Part shown: one piece after another, positions 1-13,335 of the stretch
Position numbering within the stretch: position 1 is the first letter of the stretch
Layout: each line of letters starts with the position of its first letter
Source of the DNA: Somniosus microcephalus
Taxonomy: Eukaryota
Assembly: GCA_052327205.1 (NCBI GenBank)
Contig: CM126218.1
Span: forward strand, 85,374,001-85,438,000
Reading direction: 5' to 3'
DNA: 64,000 nucleotides
Position numbers and translations under genes: made by a program
The notes under the pieces: generated by a model
The model's database searches: none
Seen by the model: only the letters and a program-made list of their open reading frames with translations
Told to the model about the DNA's origin: nothing

Positions 1-533
1 CAGCATGGCAGGTCTTCCCACATCGGGTTCATCTGGTAGTGAGTGACTCATACAGCTCCTGAGACCTTTATATGGCAAAAGACAGGGGCGTAGCCAATAC
101 ACACAATAGGAACAAAAGGGTGTGGTTCACACAATACAAGCAGGTAAAATACAAGCAGGTCTGATGAAGGCATATTTCATCACACCCCCCGCACCGCGCG
201 AGTGGGTCCCGGTAAAATCCAGCCCACAGTGTTTGGATGCTAATATTGTACAGCACAATTGTACATTGATATATTTAGTAAAAGTAGAGAAGACAAAGAT
301 TTCACCCACTCCAGGCTTTAGACCTCTTACTTCATGGAATCAAATTGATCTTCAACTCTTGGAGCAAGAACTTTCAGATATGGTGATGTGAGACCCAGTT
401 ATTCGTGGCCCACTGATACCCAATAACAGTCGCTTCGTGCGTCACGGGTTTGGGAGAGCTGGAGTGAGTGACAGGCCAGCTCTGCAGATCTTCCTTCTTC
501 TGATTGAATATTAATAAATAACAACAGCAACTT

Positions 534-1145
534 ATAGAGTCATAGAGTTATACAGCACAGAAAGAGGCACTTCGGCCCGTCGTGTCCGCGCCGGCCATCA
601 AGCCCTGTCTATTCTAATCCCATTTTCGAGCACTTGGTCCGTAGCCTTGTATGCTATGGCATTTCAAGTGCTCATCTAAATGCTTCTTGAATGTTGTGAG
701 GGTTCCTGCCTCTACCACCCTTTCAGGCAGTGAGTTCCAGATTCCAACCACCCTCTGGGTGAAAAGGTTTTTCCTCAAATCCCCTCTAAACCTCCTGCCC
801 CTTACCTTGAAACTATGCCCCCTGGTTATTGACCCCTCTACTAAGGGGAAAAGTTCCTTTCTATCTATCCTATCTATGCCCCTCATAATTTTGTACACCT
901 CAATCAGGTCCCCCCTCAGCCTTCTCTGCTCTAAGGAAAACAACCCCAGCCTGCCCAGTCTCTCTTCATAGCTGAAGTGCTCCAGCCCAGGTAACATCCT
1001 GGTGAACCTCCTCTGCACCCTCTCCAATGCAATCACATCCTTCCTATAGTGTGGCGACCAGAACTGCACACAGTATTCCAGCTGTGGCCTAACTAGTGTT
1101 TTGTACAGCTCCATCATAACCTCCCTGCTCTTATATTCTATGCCT
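534..1145 (-). mobile_element. CR1 (HER1-like) LINE 3' fragment inserted into the tail of an L2 element
   Basis: ORF 614-1117 reads LYKTLVRPQLEYCVQFWSPHYRKD...LFSLEQRRLRGDLIEVYKI (CR1 ORF2 C-terminus). CAACTT is duplicated at 528-533 and 1146-1151. Confidence 0.9.
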
Positions 1146-2944
1146 CAACTTGTATTTATATAGCGCCTTTAACGTAGTAAAACGTCCCAAGGCGCTTCAC
1201 AGGAGTATTAAAAGACAAAATATTTGACACCGAGCCACAAAAGGAGAAATTAGGGCAGGTGACCAAAAGCTTGGTCAAAGAGGTAGGATTTAAGGAGCGT
1301 CTTAAAGGAGGAAAGAGAGGTAGCGAGGCGGAGAGGTTTAGGCAGGGAATTCCAGAGCTTAGGGCCTAGGCAGCTGAAGGCACGGCCGCCAATGGTGGAG
1401 CGATTATAATCAGGGATGCTCAAGAGGGCAGAATTAGAGGAGCGCAGATATCTCGGGGGGGTTGTGGTGCTGGAGGAGATTACAGAGATAGGGAGGGGCG
1501 AGGTCATGGAGAGATTTGAAAACAAGGATGAGAGTTTTGAAATCAGGCGTTGCTTAACCGGGAGCCAATGTAGGTCAGCGAGCACAGGGGGTGATGGGCG
1601 AACGGGACTTGGTGCGAGTTAGGACACGGGCAGCCGAGTTTTAGATGACCTCAAGTTTACGTAGGGTGGAATGTGGGGGGCCAGCCAGGAGTGCGTTGGA
1701 ATAGTCAAGTCTAGAGGTAACAAAGGCATGGATGAGGGTTTCAGCAGCGGATGAACTGAGGCGGGGGCGGAGACGGGCGATGTTACGGAGGTGGAAATAG
1801 GCGGTCTTTGTTTTGCTGCAGATATGTGGTCGGAAGCTCATTTCAGAATCAAATATGACACCAAGGTTGCGAACAGTGTGGTTCAGCCTCAGACAGATGT
1901 TAGTGAGAGGGATGGAGTCAGTGGCCAGGGAACGGAGTTTGTGGCGGGGACTGAAAACAATGGCTTCGGTCTTCCCAATATTTAATTAGAGAAAATTTCT
2001 GCTCATCCAGAACTGGATGTCGGACAAGCAGTCTGACAATTTAGAGACCGTGGAGGGGTTGAGAGAAGTGGTGGTGAGGTAGAGCTGGGTGTCATCAGCG
2101 TGCATGTGGAAACTGACACTGTGTTTTCGGATGATGTCGCCAAGGGGCAACATGTAGATGAGAAATAGGAGGGGGCCAAGGATAGATCCTTGGGGGGACA
2201 CCAGAGGTAACGATGCGGGAGCGGGAAGAGAAGCCATTACAGGTGATTCTCTGGCTACGATTAGATAGATAAGAATAGAACCAGACGAGTGCAGTCCCAC
2301 CCAGCTGGACGATGGTGGAGAGGCATTGGAGAAGGATGGAGTGGTCAACCATGTCAAAGGTTGCAGGCAAGTCTAGAAGGACGAGGAGGGATAGTTTACC
2401 TTTGTCACAGTCACAAAGGATGTTATTTGTGACTTTGATGAGAGCCGTTTCGGTACTGTGGCAAGGATGGAAACCTGATTGGAAGGATTCAAACATGGAA
2501 TTGCGGGAAAGATGGGAAAGGATTTGGAAGGCGACAACACGTTCAAGGACTTTGGAGAGGAAAGGGAGGTTGGAGATGGGGCGGTATTTTGCAAAGAAGG
2601 AGGGGGTCAAGGGTTGGTTTTTTGAGGAGAGGGGTGATGACGGCAGATTTGAGGGAGAGGAGGACAGTACCTGAGGAGAGAGAACCGTTAACAATGTCAG
2701 CTAGAAAAGGAAGGTGGGTGGTCAACAGTTTAGTGGGAATAGGGTCGAGGGAGCAGGAAGTAGGTCTCATAGACAAGATGAGCGTGGAGCGGTCAAGAGG
2801 GGAGATCGGAGAGAAACTGGAGAAAGATGCGAGTTCAGGGCTGGGGCGGGGGGGAACCTTAGAGGAAGTTTAGCCCGGTGGGCTAGGGGAAGGAAGGGCA
2901 GCTGATCAGATGGTCTCAATCTTAGAGACAAACAAGCCCATGAG
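1146..2944 (-). mobile_element. L2-clade LINE, 5'-truncated, frameshifted RT
   Basis: Minus-strand fragments YRPISNLPFLSKVLE, QSGF.PCHSTETAL, QGSILGPLLFLIYM, HADDTQLYL, SRLDYSNALL and GGRAFSCLGPKLWNSLP; L2-type 3' end gcgctatataaatacaagtt. Confidence 0.92.
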
Positions 2945-3660
2945 CATTTGGGGAGGGCTAACAAGGAAAGGGAATACACATTAAATGGTAGGACACTGAG
3001 TATTGTAGAGGAACAAAGGGACCTTAGAGTGCATGTCCACAGATCCCTGAAGGTAGCAGGCCAAGTAGTTAAGAAGGCATACAGAATGCTTGTCTTTATT
3101 AGCTGTGGCATAGAATACAAGAGCAGGGGAGTTATGCTTCAACTGTATAAAACACTAGTTAGGCCTTAGCTAGAGTACTGTGTGCAGTTCTGGTCAGCAC
3201 ATTACAGGAAAGATGTGATTGCACTAGAGAGGGTACAGAGGAGATTTACAAGGATGTTGCCGAGAGTAGAGAATCTTAGCTATGAGGAAAGACTGGATAG
3301 GCTGGGTCTGTTTTCCTTGGAACAGAGGAGGCTGAGGGGAGACCTTATTGAGGGGTATAAAATTATGAGGGGCCTAGATAAAGTGGATAGAAAGGACCTA
3401 TTTCCCTTAGCAGAGGGGTCAAAAACCTGGGGGTTGTGGGGGTCTGGAACTCACTGCCTGAAAGGGTGGTAGAGGCAGGAACCCTCACCACATTTAAAAA
3501 TCACTTGGATGTGCATTTGGGGTGCTCTAACCTGCAGGGCTACGGACCAAGAGCTGGGAAGTGGGATTAGGCTGGATTGGGCTCTTTGTTGGCCGGCGCG
3601 GACAACGATGGGCCGAAATGGCCTCCTTCCGTGCTGTAACTTTCTATGATTCTATGATTC
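2945..3660 (+). mobile_element. CR1 LINE 3' fragment
   Basis: ORFs 2948-3169 and 3182-3472 with CR1 ORF2 motifs; tail tctatgattctatgattc. Confidence 0.9.
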
Positions 3661-4214
3661 TCCTCACACTTGTTGTCGGCGGTGCAAACAAATATCATCC
3701 AAGCACCGGCACATTTCATTTGTGAATCCGAGGAATGTACGTGCATTGAGCGGAGCGCTTTTTCAGCTGTACTGGATATTTGCATGGAGACAAATGGATG
3801 CTGAGGGATTTTAAAAGGCACTCGTATAATTATGCAGTTTGGATGACATACTGCAAATTGATTTCTCGCCATCATCTGAACAGCAAAATTGGATTGCAGC
3901 CTTCAAAGCGCTCATGCGATCTATTATTTTTGATGATATATACTTCTAATCTGACATGGAACTTTTACTCAATTTTGGATCCATTCCTGTGCGAGCAGTG
4001 GGCGTGAGTATGGACAGTGACGGATGGTTCTAATGCTAAAAGATTAGCCCCTGGGTAGCTGTGAAGCCTGAAAAATGCATCTCAGTTGACGTCGTTGTTT
4101 TAATGACATAACCAAGTCTAGTTTACTGTTTTGTCTTTTTGGGAGGATAATTCATCTTTGGAACTAGTTTGCAGCCAGCCATTCACAGTATTTTGCAAGT
4201 AACTTGCAAAAACT

Positions 4215-5215
4215 GGAGGTATACCTAGCACAAAGGAAGATGGTTATGGCTGTTGGAGGTCAAACATCTCAACCCCAGGACATCGCTGCAGGAGTTCCTC
4301 AGGGCAGTGTCCCAGGCCCAAGCATCTTCAGCTGCTTCATCAATGACATTCCCTCCATCATAAGATCAGAAGTGGGGATGCTCGCTGATGATTGCACAGT
4401 GTTCAGTTCCATTCACAACTCTGCAGATAATGAAGCAGTTCGTGCCCGCATGCAGCAAGACCTGGACGACAGTCAGGCTTGGGCTGATAAGTGGCAGGTA
4501 ACATTCGTGCCACACAGGTGCCAGGCAATGACAATCTCCAACAAGAGAGAGTCTAACCACCGCCCCTTGACATTCAATGGCACTACCATCACTAAAACCC
4601 CCACCATCAACATCCTGGAGGCTGGGTATTCTGTGACGAGTGTCTCACCTCCTGACTCCCCAAAGCCTTTCCACCATCTACAAGGCACAAGTCAGGATTG
4701 TGATGGAATACTCTCCACTTGCCTGGATAAGTGCAGCTCCAACAACACTCAAGAAGCTCGACACCATCCAGGACAAAGCAGCCCGCTTGATTGGCACCCC
4801 ATCCACCACCTTAAACATTCACTCCCTCCACCATCGGCGAACCGTGGCTGCAGTGTGTACCATCTACAAGATGCACTGCAGTAACTCATCAAGGCTTCTT
4901 CGGCAGCACCTCCCAAACCCGTGACCTCTTCCACCTAGAAGGACAAGGGCAGCAGGCGCATGGGAACACCACCACCTCCAAGTTCCCCTCCAAGTTACAC
5001 ACCATCCTGACTTGGAAATATATCGCCGTTCCTTCATCGTCGCTGGGTCAAGATCCTGGAACTCCCTCCCTATCAGCACTGTGGGAGCACCTTCGCCACA
5101 CGGACTGCAACGGTTCAAGAAAGCGGCTCACCACCACCTTCTCGAGGGCAATTAGCGATGGGCAATAAATGCTGGGCCTTGCCAGCGACGCCACATCCCA
5201 GGAACGAATAAAGAA
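4215..5215 (+). mobile_element. LINE of a third family (CR1/L2 group, 'family B'), RT C-terminal part and 3' end
   Basis: GVPQGSVPGP, LADDCTVF, QQDLDDSQAWADKWQVTF and YKAQVRIVMEYSPLAW motifs; 3' end caataaatgctggg...cacatccca..gaataaa. Confidence 0.85.
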
Positions 5216-5931
5216 GAACTTGAAATGTGGATCCCAGCTCCAGATTGTAGGGCAGACGAAAGAAAGGTAGGTTCGTATTTTACACATAAAATAAATAAGA
5301 AAGTTACAATAAATAAATTCGCAAGGAAATATAATTTAAAATAGTGAATAAAGAAGGAGCTAATAGGAAAGGGAAAGTGAAATCAACGGACCGAAATAAA
5401 GGTTTAAAAACTTTGGGGGAAAAATTCAGTTGGTTAGCGACTCCAGTTAGTGCCTGGCAGGGGCGCTAACAGGGCACTGGTGCAGCAGCACTGGGGCAAG
5501 ACAAATCCAGTGACACCTGCCTAAACCGCCCCCCCCCCCCGTAGCGCCGCCGCAATGAGTTACCACCGGGGACTGCAACGGCAGGCAGATTGTGACGTCA
5601 GTGACCGTGCAACGCTCACTGGGCGCCTGATCTGCAAAATTAATTGTTCCCCCCGCCCCCCCCCGCCTTAGTGCCTTGCCCCGACAGTGACAGGGAGAGG
5701 AGGCATCAAGCAGGCTGATGCCGGCTCCAGGGGCGCTATTTAAAGGGATCATGAGTAATGAGTCGCAGCTATCATGTTTGTGCTGTTTCACTGCTTCCTT
5801 GTCAGTTTAACATTGTGCAACAGTTTAATTCAGTCATTTAATGGTTGTTTGGTATCAGGAGTGTTGTGGCTACTAACAATTAGTTACATTTATACTCACA
5901 ACATATCAAAGTGTTACACTTGGTTACATTA

Positions 5932-7193
5932 ATGGGGGATATACTGGCAGTCGACCTTGTCCTCCAGGATCTACTGCGGAGGGAGCGCAGGCAGTGAGAA
6001 AGATTGGAATACGTGGCCAGAGAGAGGAGGAGGGCCATCAGGGCTCTCAGCAGGAGGGTATTCTGAGAGCACTTCTACCTCCAATTAAGCAAGGAGTAGT
6101 GTATTAGAAAGCTCCGCTTCACCAAGGAGGTGGTCACAGAACTCTGCCACCTCCTACAACAGTGACTCCACTTCAAAAGAGAAGTATTTCATTGGCTGCA
6201 AAGCGCTTTGAGACATCTGGTGGTCGTGAAAGGCACTATATAAATTCAAGTCTTTCTTTTTCCTGCAACTAGACCTCGAGCCTCAGATCAGGGCGACCAC
6301 GGCTCTCTCAGTGGCAGCCAAGGTCACCGTCGCCCTCAATTTCTTCGCCAGTGGACCCTTCCAGTCTGCAAGAGGAGATATAGCTAACATCTCGCAGTTT
6401 GCCATCCAGCGCTGCATCCGGGAGGTCACAGAGGCTCTCTGCACCAGGAGAAGGGACTACATTTACTTCCCCATCACCAGAGAGAAGCAGGACAAGCGTG
6501 CATGTGGCTTTGCCAGGATAGCGGGCTTCTCCATGGTGCAGGGCACCATTGACTGCACCCACGTGGCTTTGTGGGCACCACATAACAATCCTGAGATCTT
6601 CTGTAACCGCAAAGGCTACCACTCACTTAATGTGCAGTTGGTGTGCGACCACAGACAGCGAATCCTCAATGTCAATGCCCGCTATCCTGGCAGCAGCCAC
6701 GATGCCTTCATCCTGTGCCAGACCAGTGTGCCAGCTCTCTTCCATTCACCACGTCAAGCTCGCAGCTGGCTGCTAGGAGACAAGGGCTATCTGCTCTCCC
6801 CTCCTCAGCCCCAACACTCCTGCCCAGCACTCATATAATGAGAGCCATGCCGCCACCAGGAACATCATCGAGCAGACCATCGGGGGGCTCAAGCAACGGT
6901 TCCGCTGCTTTGACCGCTCGGGAGGAGCCCTCCAGTACTCGGCTGAGTGGGTGTCCCATTTCATCGTGGTGTGCTGCATGCTCCGCAACTTGGCCATCAT
7001 GAGGACTCAGCCCTTGCCACCAGGGATTGTGGGACCACCTCAGGAGGAGGAAGAGGGTGAGGAGGAGGAGGAAGAGGAGGAAGAGCAAGAGGAGGAGGAG
7101 GAGGAGGAACAGGAGCGAGGGAGGAGGCAGCCACTCAATCAGCCATCTGGAAGGGCGGTCCGTAACCACCTCATCAGACTGTGGTTCCAATAA
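5932..7193 (+). pseudogene. Harbinger DDE transposase (HARBI1-like), disrupted
   Basis: LRFTKEVVTELC, KVTVALNFFASG, GTIDCTHV, NRKGYHSLNVQLVCD, YPGSSHDAFIL, WLLGDKGY, HAATRNIIEQTIG.LKQRFRC and CCMLRNLA motifs. Has stops, a frameshift and a SINE insertion. Confidence 0.92.
6161..6261 (+). mobile_element. DeuSINE 3' fragment inserted in the transposase
   Basis: Matches the 3' end of the other DeuSINE copies; CCT(A/G)CAAC duplicated at 6153-6160 and 6262-6269. Confidence 0.8.
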
Positions 7194-7798
7194 ATTAAAC
7201 CCCAGATCCCCGTTGCTCACCACATCCCCATCATTCCATCCCTGTCACAGGCCATATCACAGCGCAAAGCTGAAATGAGAGACACCACAAAATCATCCAA
7301 AGCCAATTAATACATTTATCAATAATCAGTGAACACATATTTATAGCAACATTATTATCTATTCACCCTTGTGCAATCCCTTAGTGCCCCTCATTACTGT
7401 GCCTTTGCCTACTCTAGTGCTCCTACAAAGTGTTGGCCCAGTGGCTGCAGCAGGGCTGGTGGAAGGCTGCTGAGTGTCCGTGCAGGAGACTTCAGATGGC
7501 CTTGCAGGACACCCTCGACCAGCTCTGGGCCTGGAAGGCCCAGCTGTAGACTGCACCACCTCAGCATAGGCGGCAGCAGTCTGGGCTGGCTGGATGACAG
7601 GCAGCGACAAGGACAATGGCGGAGTGCCAGCGGTGGAAACAGGAATGCTGTCATCCTGAGAGAGGACAGCAGATTCCTGCTCCACTGACCCACTGCCACT
7701 CCCCCGGGGCAGCTCCTCAGCATCCCTAGCAATCTGTTAGAGCACAGATTGCTGGCCTGCTGCGACACTGTGAAAGCCCCGGTCAATGGTGGCATAGA

Positions 7799-8149
7799 GG
7801 GCAGCACGGTGGCATAGTGGTTAGCACTGTTGCCTCACAGCGCCAGGGACCCGGGTTCGAATCCGGCCTCAGGCGACTGTCTGTGTGGAGTTTGCACATT
7901 CTCCCCGTGTTTGCGTGGGTTTTCTCCGGGTGCTCCGGTTTCCTCCCACAGTCCAAAGATGTGCGGGTTAGGTTGATTGGCTATGATAAATTGACCCTTA
8001 GTGTTAGGGGGATTAAATGTGTGGGGTTACGGGGATAGGGTGGGATATGTGTAGGGGTTACGGGGATCGGGTGGCATATGTGTCGGTGCAGGCTCGATGG
8101 GCCGAAATGGCCTCTATCTGCACTGTGGGGTTTCTGTGTGATTTCTGTG
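7799..8149 (+). mobile_element. tRNA-derived V-SINE (shark HE1-like)
   Basis: A box TGGCATAGTGG, B box GGTTCGAATCC, V-domain tgtgtggagtttgcacattctccccgtg...ccggtttcctcccaca, and a CR1-like 3' end gggccgaaatggcct. Confidence 0.9.
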
Positions 8150-8883
8150 AATGGTGGTAGACCCAGCGATGATGGCAGCAGTCAGAGCTTGCGTGGCATC
8201 AAGCTGAGACTGCATGAGAGCAGTCTGAGATTGAATGGCACCAAGCATAGACTGCATTACAGCACTAAGACGTTGCGTGGCTTCCGCCTGTGCTGCACTG
8301 GAAGCTGCCAGATCGCACATCACATGTGGCATCAGGTCTGGGTCACCACGGTCTCTCTGGGAGTCTACCATCCTTTGCAGACTGGAAATGATGGGCTCAA
8401 TGGTGTGCGCAGAGCCTTGTGCAATGTTGGAGGCAGACTCCTCCATGTTCCTTACCATTGTCGAAAGGCTCTCGGGCACCCTTGCCATCATCTTCGTGTG
8501 CATGCCCATCACCCTTCTTCTAAAGGCCTCCCCATCGAAGTCCTCATCTGAGTCCTGTGCAGAACTCACCTTCTAGGGAGCTGGCTCCCGAGTTCTCTTT
8601 TCCCCCTGGCCTTGCTGCAGCCCGCTCATCCCCGGTGCATCACCCTATTCAGATCCCACTACTACACTAGCCTCTAAAGAACGCGTAGTGCCAGGATCTG
8701 AGCTGGGCCTGCAGGTGAGACATGCAGTGATGCGGTGTGTTCTTCCTCCTCCTCTCCTGCCTCGCTCTCAACGGTGCCCTCAGGGACAGGCTGCTCCTGT
8801 GCTTGCTCATTATCTGAAAGCATAAAGACACAAGATTCGGGTTAAGGTGAGGGGAGGGTGGCAGGAAGGGAGAAATGCATGTA

Positions 8884-11452
8884 TAAGAACATAAGAACAT
8901 AAGAAATAGGAGCAGGAATAGGCCGCCATTCAATAAGATCATGGCTGATCTTGGGCTCAAAGCCACTTCCCTGCCCGCTCCCCATAACCCTTCACTCCCT
9001 TATCTTGCAAAAATTTGTCTATCTCCACCTTAAATGTATTTAATGACCCAGCCTCCACAGCTCTCTGTCGCAGAGAATTCCACAAATTTACGACCCTCTG
9101 AGAGAAGAAGTTCTTCCTCATCTCAGTTCTAAAAGGGCGACCCTTTATTCTGAGACTGTGCCCCCGAGTTCTAGATTTCCCCATGAGGGGAAACATCCTC
9201 TCTGCATCTACCCTGTCGAGCCCCCTCAGTATCTTATATGTTTCAATAAGATCACCTCATTCTTCTAAATTCCAATGAGTATAGGCCCAACCTGCTCAAG
9301 CTTTCCTCATAAGTCAACCCCTCATCTCTGGAATTAACCGAGTGAATCGTCTCAGAACTGCCTCCAATGCAAGTATATCCTTCCTTAAATAAGGAGAACA
9401 AAACTGTACGCAGTACTCAAGGTGTGGTCTCACCAATACCTTGTACGGTTGTAGCAGACTTCCCTGTTTTTATACTCCAACCCCCCTTGAAATAAAGGCC
9501 AACATTCCATTTGCCTTTTTGATTACTTGCTGTACCTGCATGCTAACTTTTTGTGTTTCATGTACGAGGACCCCCAGGTCCCTCTGAACTGTAGCATTTT
9601 GTAACCTCTCTCCATTTAAATAATAGTTTGCTTTTTTATTTTTCCTGCCAAAGTGAATAACCTCGCACTTTCCCACATTATACTCCATCTGCCAAATGTT
9701 TGCCCACTCACCTAGCCTGTCTAATATCCCTTTGCAGATTCTTTGAGTCCTCTGCACAACTTGCTTTCCCACCCATCTTTGTATCATCTGCAAACTTGGC
9801 TACATTACACTTGGTCCCTTCATCCAAGTCATTAATGTAGATTGTAAATAGTTGAGGCCCCAGCACCGATCCCTGTGGCACCCCACTAGTTACCGTTTGC
9901 CAACCAGAAAATGACCCATTTATCCCGACTCTGCTTTCTGTTAGTTAGCCAATTCTCTATCCATGCTAATATATTACCCCCAATTCCGTGAGCTCTTATC
10001 TTATGCAGTAACCTTTTATGTGGCACCTTATCGAATGCCTTCTGGAAACTCAAATACACCACATCCACTGGCTCACCCTTGTCCACCCTGCTTGTTACAT
10101 CCTCAAAGAACTCCAGCAAATTTGTTAAACATGATTACATGATTTCCCTTTCATAAAACCATGCTGACTCTGTTTGACTGCAGTATGTTTTTCTAAATGC
10201 CCTGCTACTGCTTCCTTAATGAAGGACTCCAGCATTTTCCCAACGACTGATGTTAGGCTAACTGGTCTATAGTTTCCTACTTTCTGTCTCCCTCCTTTCT
10301 CAAATAGGGGTGTTACATTAGCGGTTTTCCAATCCGCTGGGACCTCTCCAGAGTCCAGGGAATTTTGGTATATTGCAACCAATGCATCCACTATCTCTGC
10401 AGCCACTTCTTTTAAGACCCTGGGATGCAGGCCATCTGGTCCAGGGGACTTGTCGTCTTTTAGTCCCATTATTTTACCGAGTACTATTTCCTTAGTGATA
10501 GTGATTGTCTTTAGTTCTCCCCTCCCTGTGGCCCCTTGATTATCCATTATTGGGATGTTGTTAGTGTCTTCTACAGTGAAGATAGATGCAAAATATTTGT
10601 TCAGAGTCTCTGCCATTTCCCCGTTCCCCATTACTAATTCCCCAGTCTCATCCTCTAAGGGACCAATGTTTACTTTAGCTACCCTCTTCCTTTTTATATA
10701 CCGGTAGAAGCTCTTACTATCTGTTTTAATGTTTCTTGCCAGCTTACTCTCATAATTCATCTTCTCTCGCTTTATTATTTTTTTAGTCATCCTTTGCTGG
10801 TTTTTAAAAATTTCCCAATCCTCTGGTCTCCCAACAATCTTGGCAACATTGTATGCCTTCGTTTTCAATTTGGTACCATCCTTTACTTCTTTAGTTAGCC
10901 ACGGATGGTGTTCCCTTCTCTTAAAATCTTTCTTTCTCACTGGAATATATTTTTGTTGAGAGTTATAAAATGTCGCCTTAAATGTCTGCCACTGCATTTC
11001 AACTTTCTTACCCTTTAATTTGTTTTTCCAGTCCACTTTAGCCAGTTCTGCCCTCATGCCATTATAATTGCCTTTGTTTAAGATCAGGACACTGGTTTGG
11101 GATACAACTTTCTCACCCTCCAACTGAATTTGAAATTCAACCATGCTGTGATCACTCTTTCCTAGAGGATCCTTTACTATGAGATCATTTATTAATTCTG
11201 TCTCATTACCAGATCCAAGATAGCCTGCTCCCTGGTTGGTTCCATTACATACTGTTCTAGGAAACCATCCCGGATGCACTCTATCAACTCCTCCTCCAGG
11301 CTACCATGGCCAATTTGATTTGTCCAATCAATATGGAGGTTAAAATCACCCATGATTATTACCGTACCTTTTTTACAGGCCTCCATTATTTGTTGATTTA
11401 TACTCTGTCCAACAGCATTGCTACTGTTCGGGGGCCTGTAGACTACGCCCAC
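8884..11452 (-). mobile_element. CR1 LINE (~2.6 kb, endonuclease remnant + RT) inside the Harbinger Myb intron
   Basis: GVVYRPPN, IIMGDFN, KSPGPDGLHPRVLKE, NYRPVSLTS, QHGFMKGKSC and [10 protein letters not shown] motifs; (taagaaca)n tail. Confidence 0.93.
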
Positions 11453-12959
11453 ATGCAGCATGATTAGCTGGAAATTGCGAAACGCTTGTGGGGTGAGGGG
11501 GAAGTGGGATGTGAGAAGAAGGAGTAGGGATGAACATACCACTGTTGTCCCCAAGGGGGTCAACGTTGTTGGTGGCCATGGCGCCAACCACCTGGTGCCC
11601 AATAATGTGCAGCACTCAAGTCTCCAGTTCAGACAGTGATTAGGTGTCAGCTTGTCCTCCGTCTGTGCGCTCCTGCTCCCTCCTGTTGTGAGCCACCTTG
11701 GCCTGCAAGAGAAAGGAAAGTATGTGAGTGAGTGTGGAGCAATGTGCCTGGGTGATGTGCCTGCCATAGTTGAATAGCTGTGATTGTGTGGAAGGTGTGA
11801 GTGTTGGTAGGTACAGATTGTTGGTGAGCGAGTGCTAGGGGTGTGGTGCTTTGGGCAATGTGTGCAGACTGTGGTTCAGATGGTGGTATGTAGCATTTGT
11901 TGAAGCATTGGCTCAACCTGACCATCCAAGTGAGGTTGTTAAATTTCTTCCTGCACTGTGTGTGGGTGCTGGGGACCACAGTGCTGCCCGAGATGTGCTG
12001 GGCTACCTCCCTCCACATGGGGCGGAAGACTTGCGGCGAGGGCCTCCTGCCACTTGCCAGGTAGAGCACCGTCTTTCCACTGCGAATACCAACACCTCCA
12101 ATGCACGGTCTCAAAACCTGCGGGCTCTATCCCTAGGGCCTGGATCTGCCATCATTACAGCTGCTTGCGTTATCCAGCTCCTTCTCCTTGACCTGCTGCT
12201 GCTGGCTGAGACGGCTGCACAGTCAGCAATGATGAGAATGAGGTTCTGCAGCATCAATGAACCTCCCCTTTAAGAGCTGGAAAGAGCCTGTGGCAATGAT
12301 GACTTGTGATTAGACTGCACCTGATATAGGTCAGCGCTTCGAGTTTAACGCCACTGAGCTTGGCCATTAGTGCTTGATTTAGCGCTCCAATCCTTTCTTT
12401 GTGCAATGAGACAGAATTTTGGGTGCAGTCTGAAGCATTAGCGCCTGGTGCTACTTCTCAAACTTTTCAAAAGTTACCGCCCATTCCTGGGCTATAATAA
12501 ATTTCTCCCCCTTTGTCTTAAGAAATCTGCATTCCAACCATCCAATTTTTCAATCATCCACCCGAGTTTTCATGGGATAACGCCGCGCGAAGATGCTGCC
12601 TCAACACACAGGCGAGGAAAAGGTACATTCAGCTCACAAACATCTCATCGATAAGCACCGAGGAGGGAAGTCTTTCCAAGGCTTAACACATCCTTCCCCT
12701 CCCATCATAGCATCGGTCTGCTGCTTCAGTGACTCTAATACCATCCTCTATGTGAAACTGTCCCACACATCATGGCTGACACTTAATGGTCTCCAGGTAG
12801 CTAAGGATGGGCAATAAATACTGCCAGTATCGCCCAGGAACAAACAAAAGGAAAGGAAAGTGCAAAAACAATGAAAAACAATCAATTTTATACTGGTTCC
12901 TTCTGATCTGGAGTCAGAAATTCAAAAACAGAGGGTATCTATCCATTGTATGAGAACTG

Positions 12960-13335
12960 CCATCGATGTGTATAAAATGATGAGGGGCCCAGATAGAGTG
13001 GATAGGAAGGACCTATTTCCCTTAGTCGAGAGATCAATAACCAGGGGGCAGAGATTTAAAGTAATTAGTAGAAGGATTAGAGGGGAGTTGAGCAGAACTT
13101 TTTTCCCCCAGATGGTGGTGGGGGTCTGGAACTCACTGCCTGAAAGGGTGGTAGAGGCAGAAACCCTCATCACATTTAAAAAGTACTTGGATATACACTT
13201 GAAGTGCCGTAACCCACGGGGCTACGGACCAAGAGCTGGAAAGTGGGATTAGGCTGGAGAGCTCTTTTTTTTGGCCGGCACGGACATGATGGGCCGAATG
13301 GCCTCCTTCTGTGCCATAAATTTCTATGATTCTGT
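12960..13335 (+). mobile_element. CR1 LINE 3' fragment
   Basis: ORF 12950-13252 (DLFPLVERSITRG...WNSLPERVVEA); tctatgattct tail. Confidence 0.85.

Larger units (their letters stand above)
7359..12155 (-). pseudogene. Harbinger Myb/SANT-like DNA-binding partner gene (spliced, disrupted)
   Basis: Exon ~11918-12155 (MADPGPRDRARRF...MWREVAQHISG...TQCRKKFNNLT). Exon after the ttgcag acceptor near 11702 (AKVAHNRREQERTDGG). Exon after the tttcag acceptor near 8813 with a coiled-coil-like part (ORF 8114-8569) and a low-complexity end (7359-7685). Confidence 0.8.
5415..12511 (+). mobile_element. Full-length but decayed PIF/Harbinger DNA transposon with three nested retroelements
   Basis: Imperfect TIRs GGGGGAAAAATTCAGT / (rc) GGGGGAGAAATTTATT, TTT on both flanks (3-bp TSD), and convergent transposase and Myb/SANT genes inside. 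Confidence 0.85.

Noticed and set aside
6311-6838. Host HARBI1 gene
   Set aside because: Lies within TIRs and a TSD beside a Myb partner, and has stops, a frameshift and a SINE insertion: a decayed transposon, not the domesticated gene.
7799-7870. tRNA gene (also 21347, 27000, 50604)
   Set aside because: A/B boxes continue directly into SINE bodies, and there is no clean cloverleaf or oligo-T terminator.
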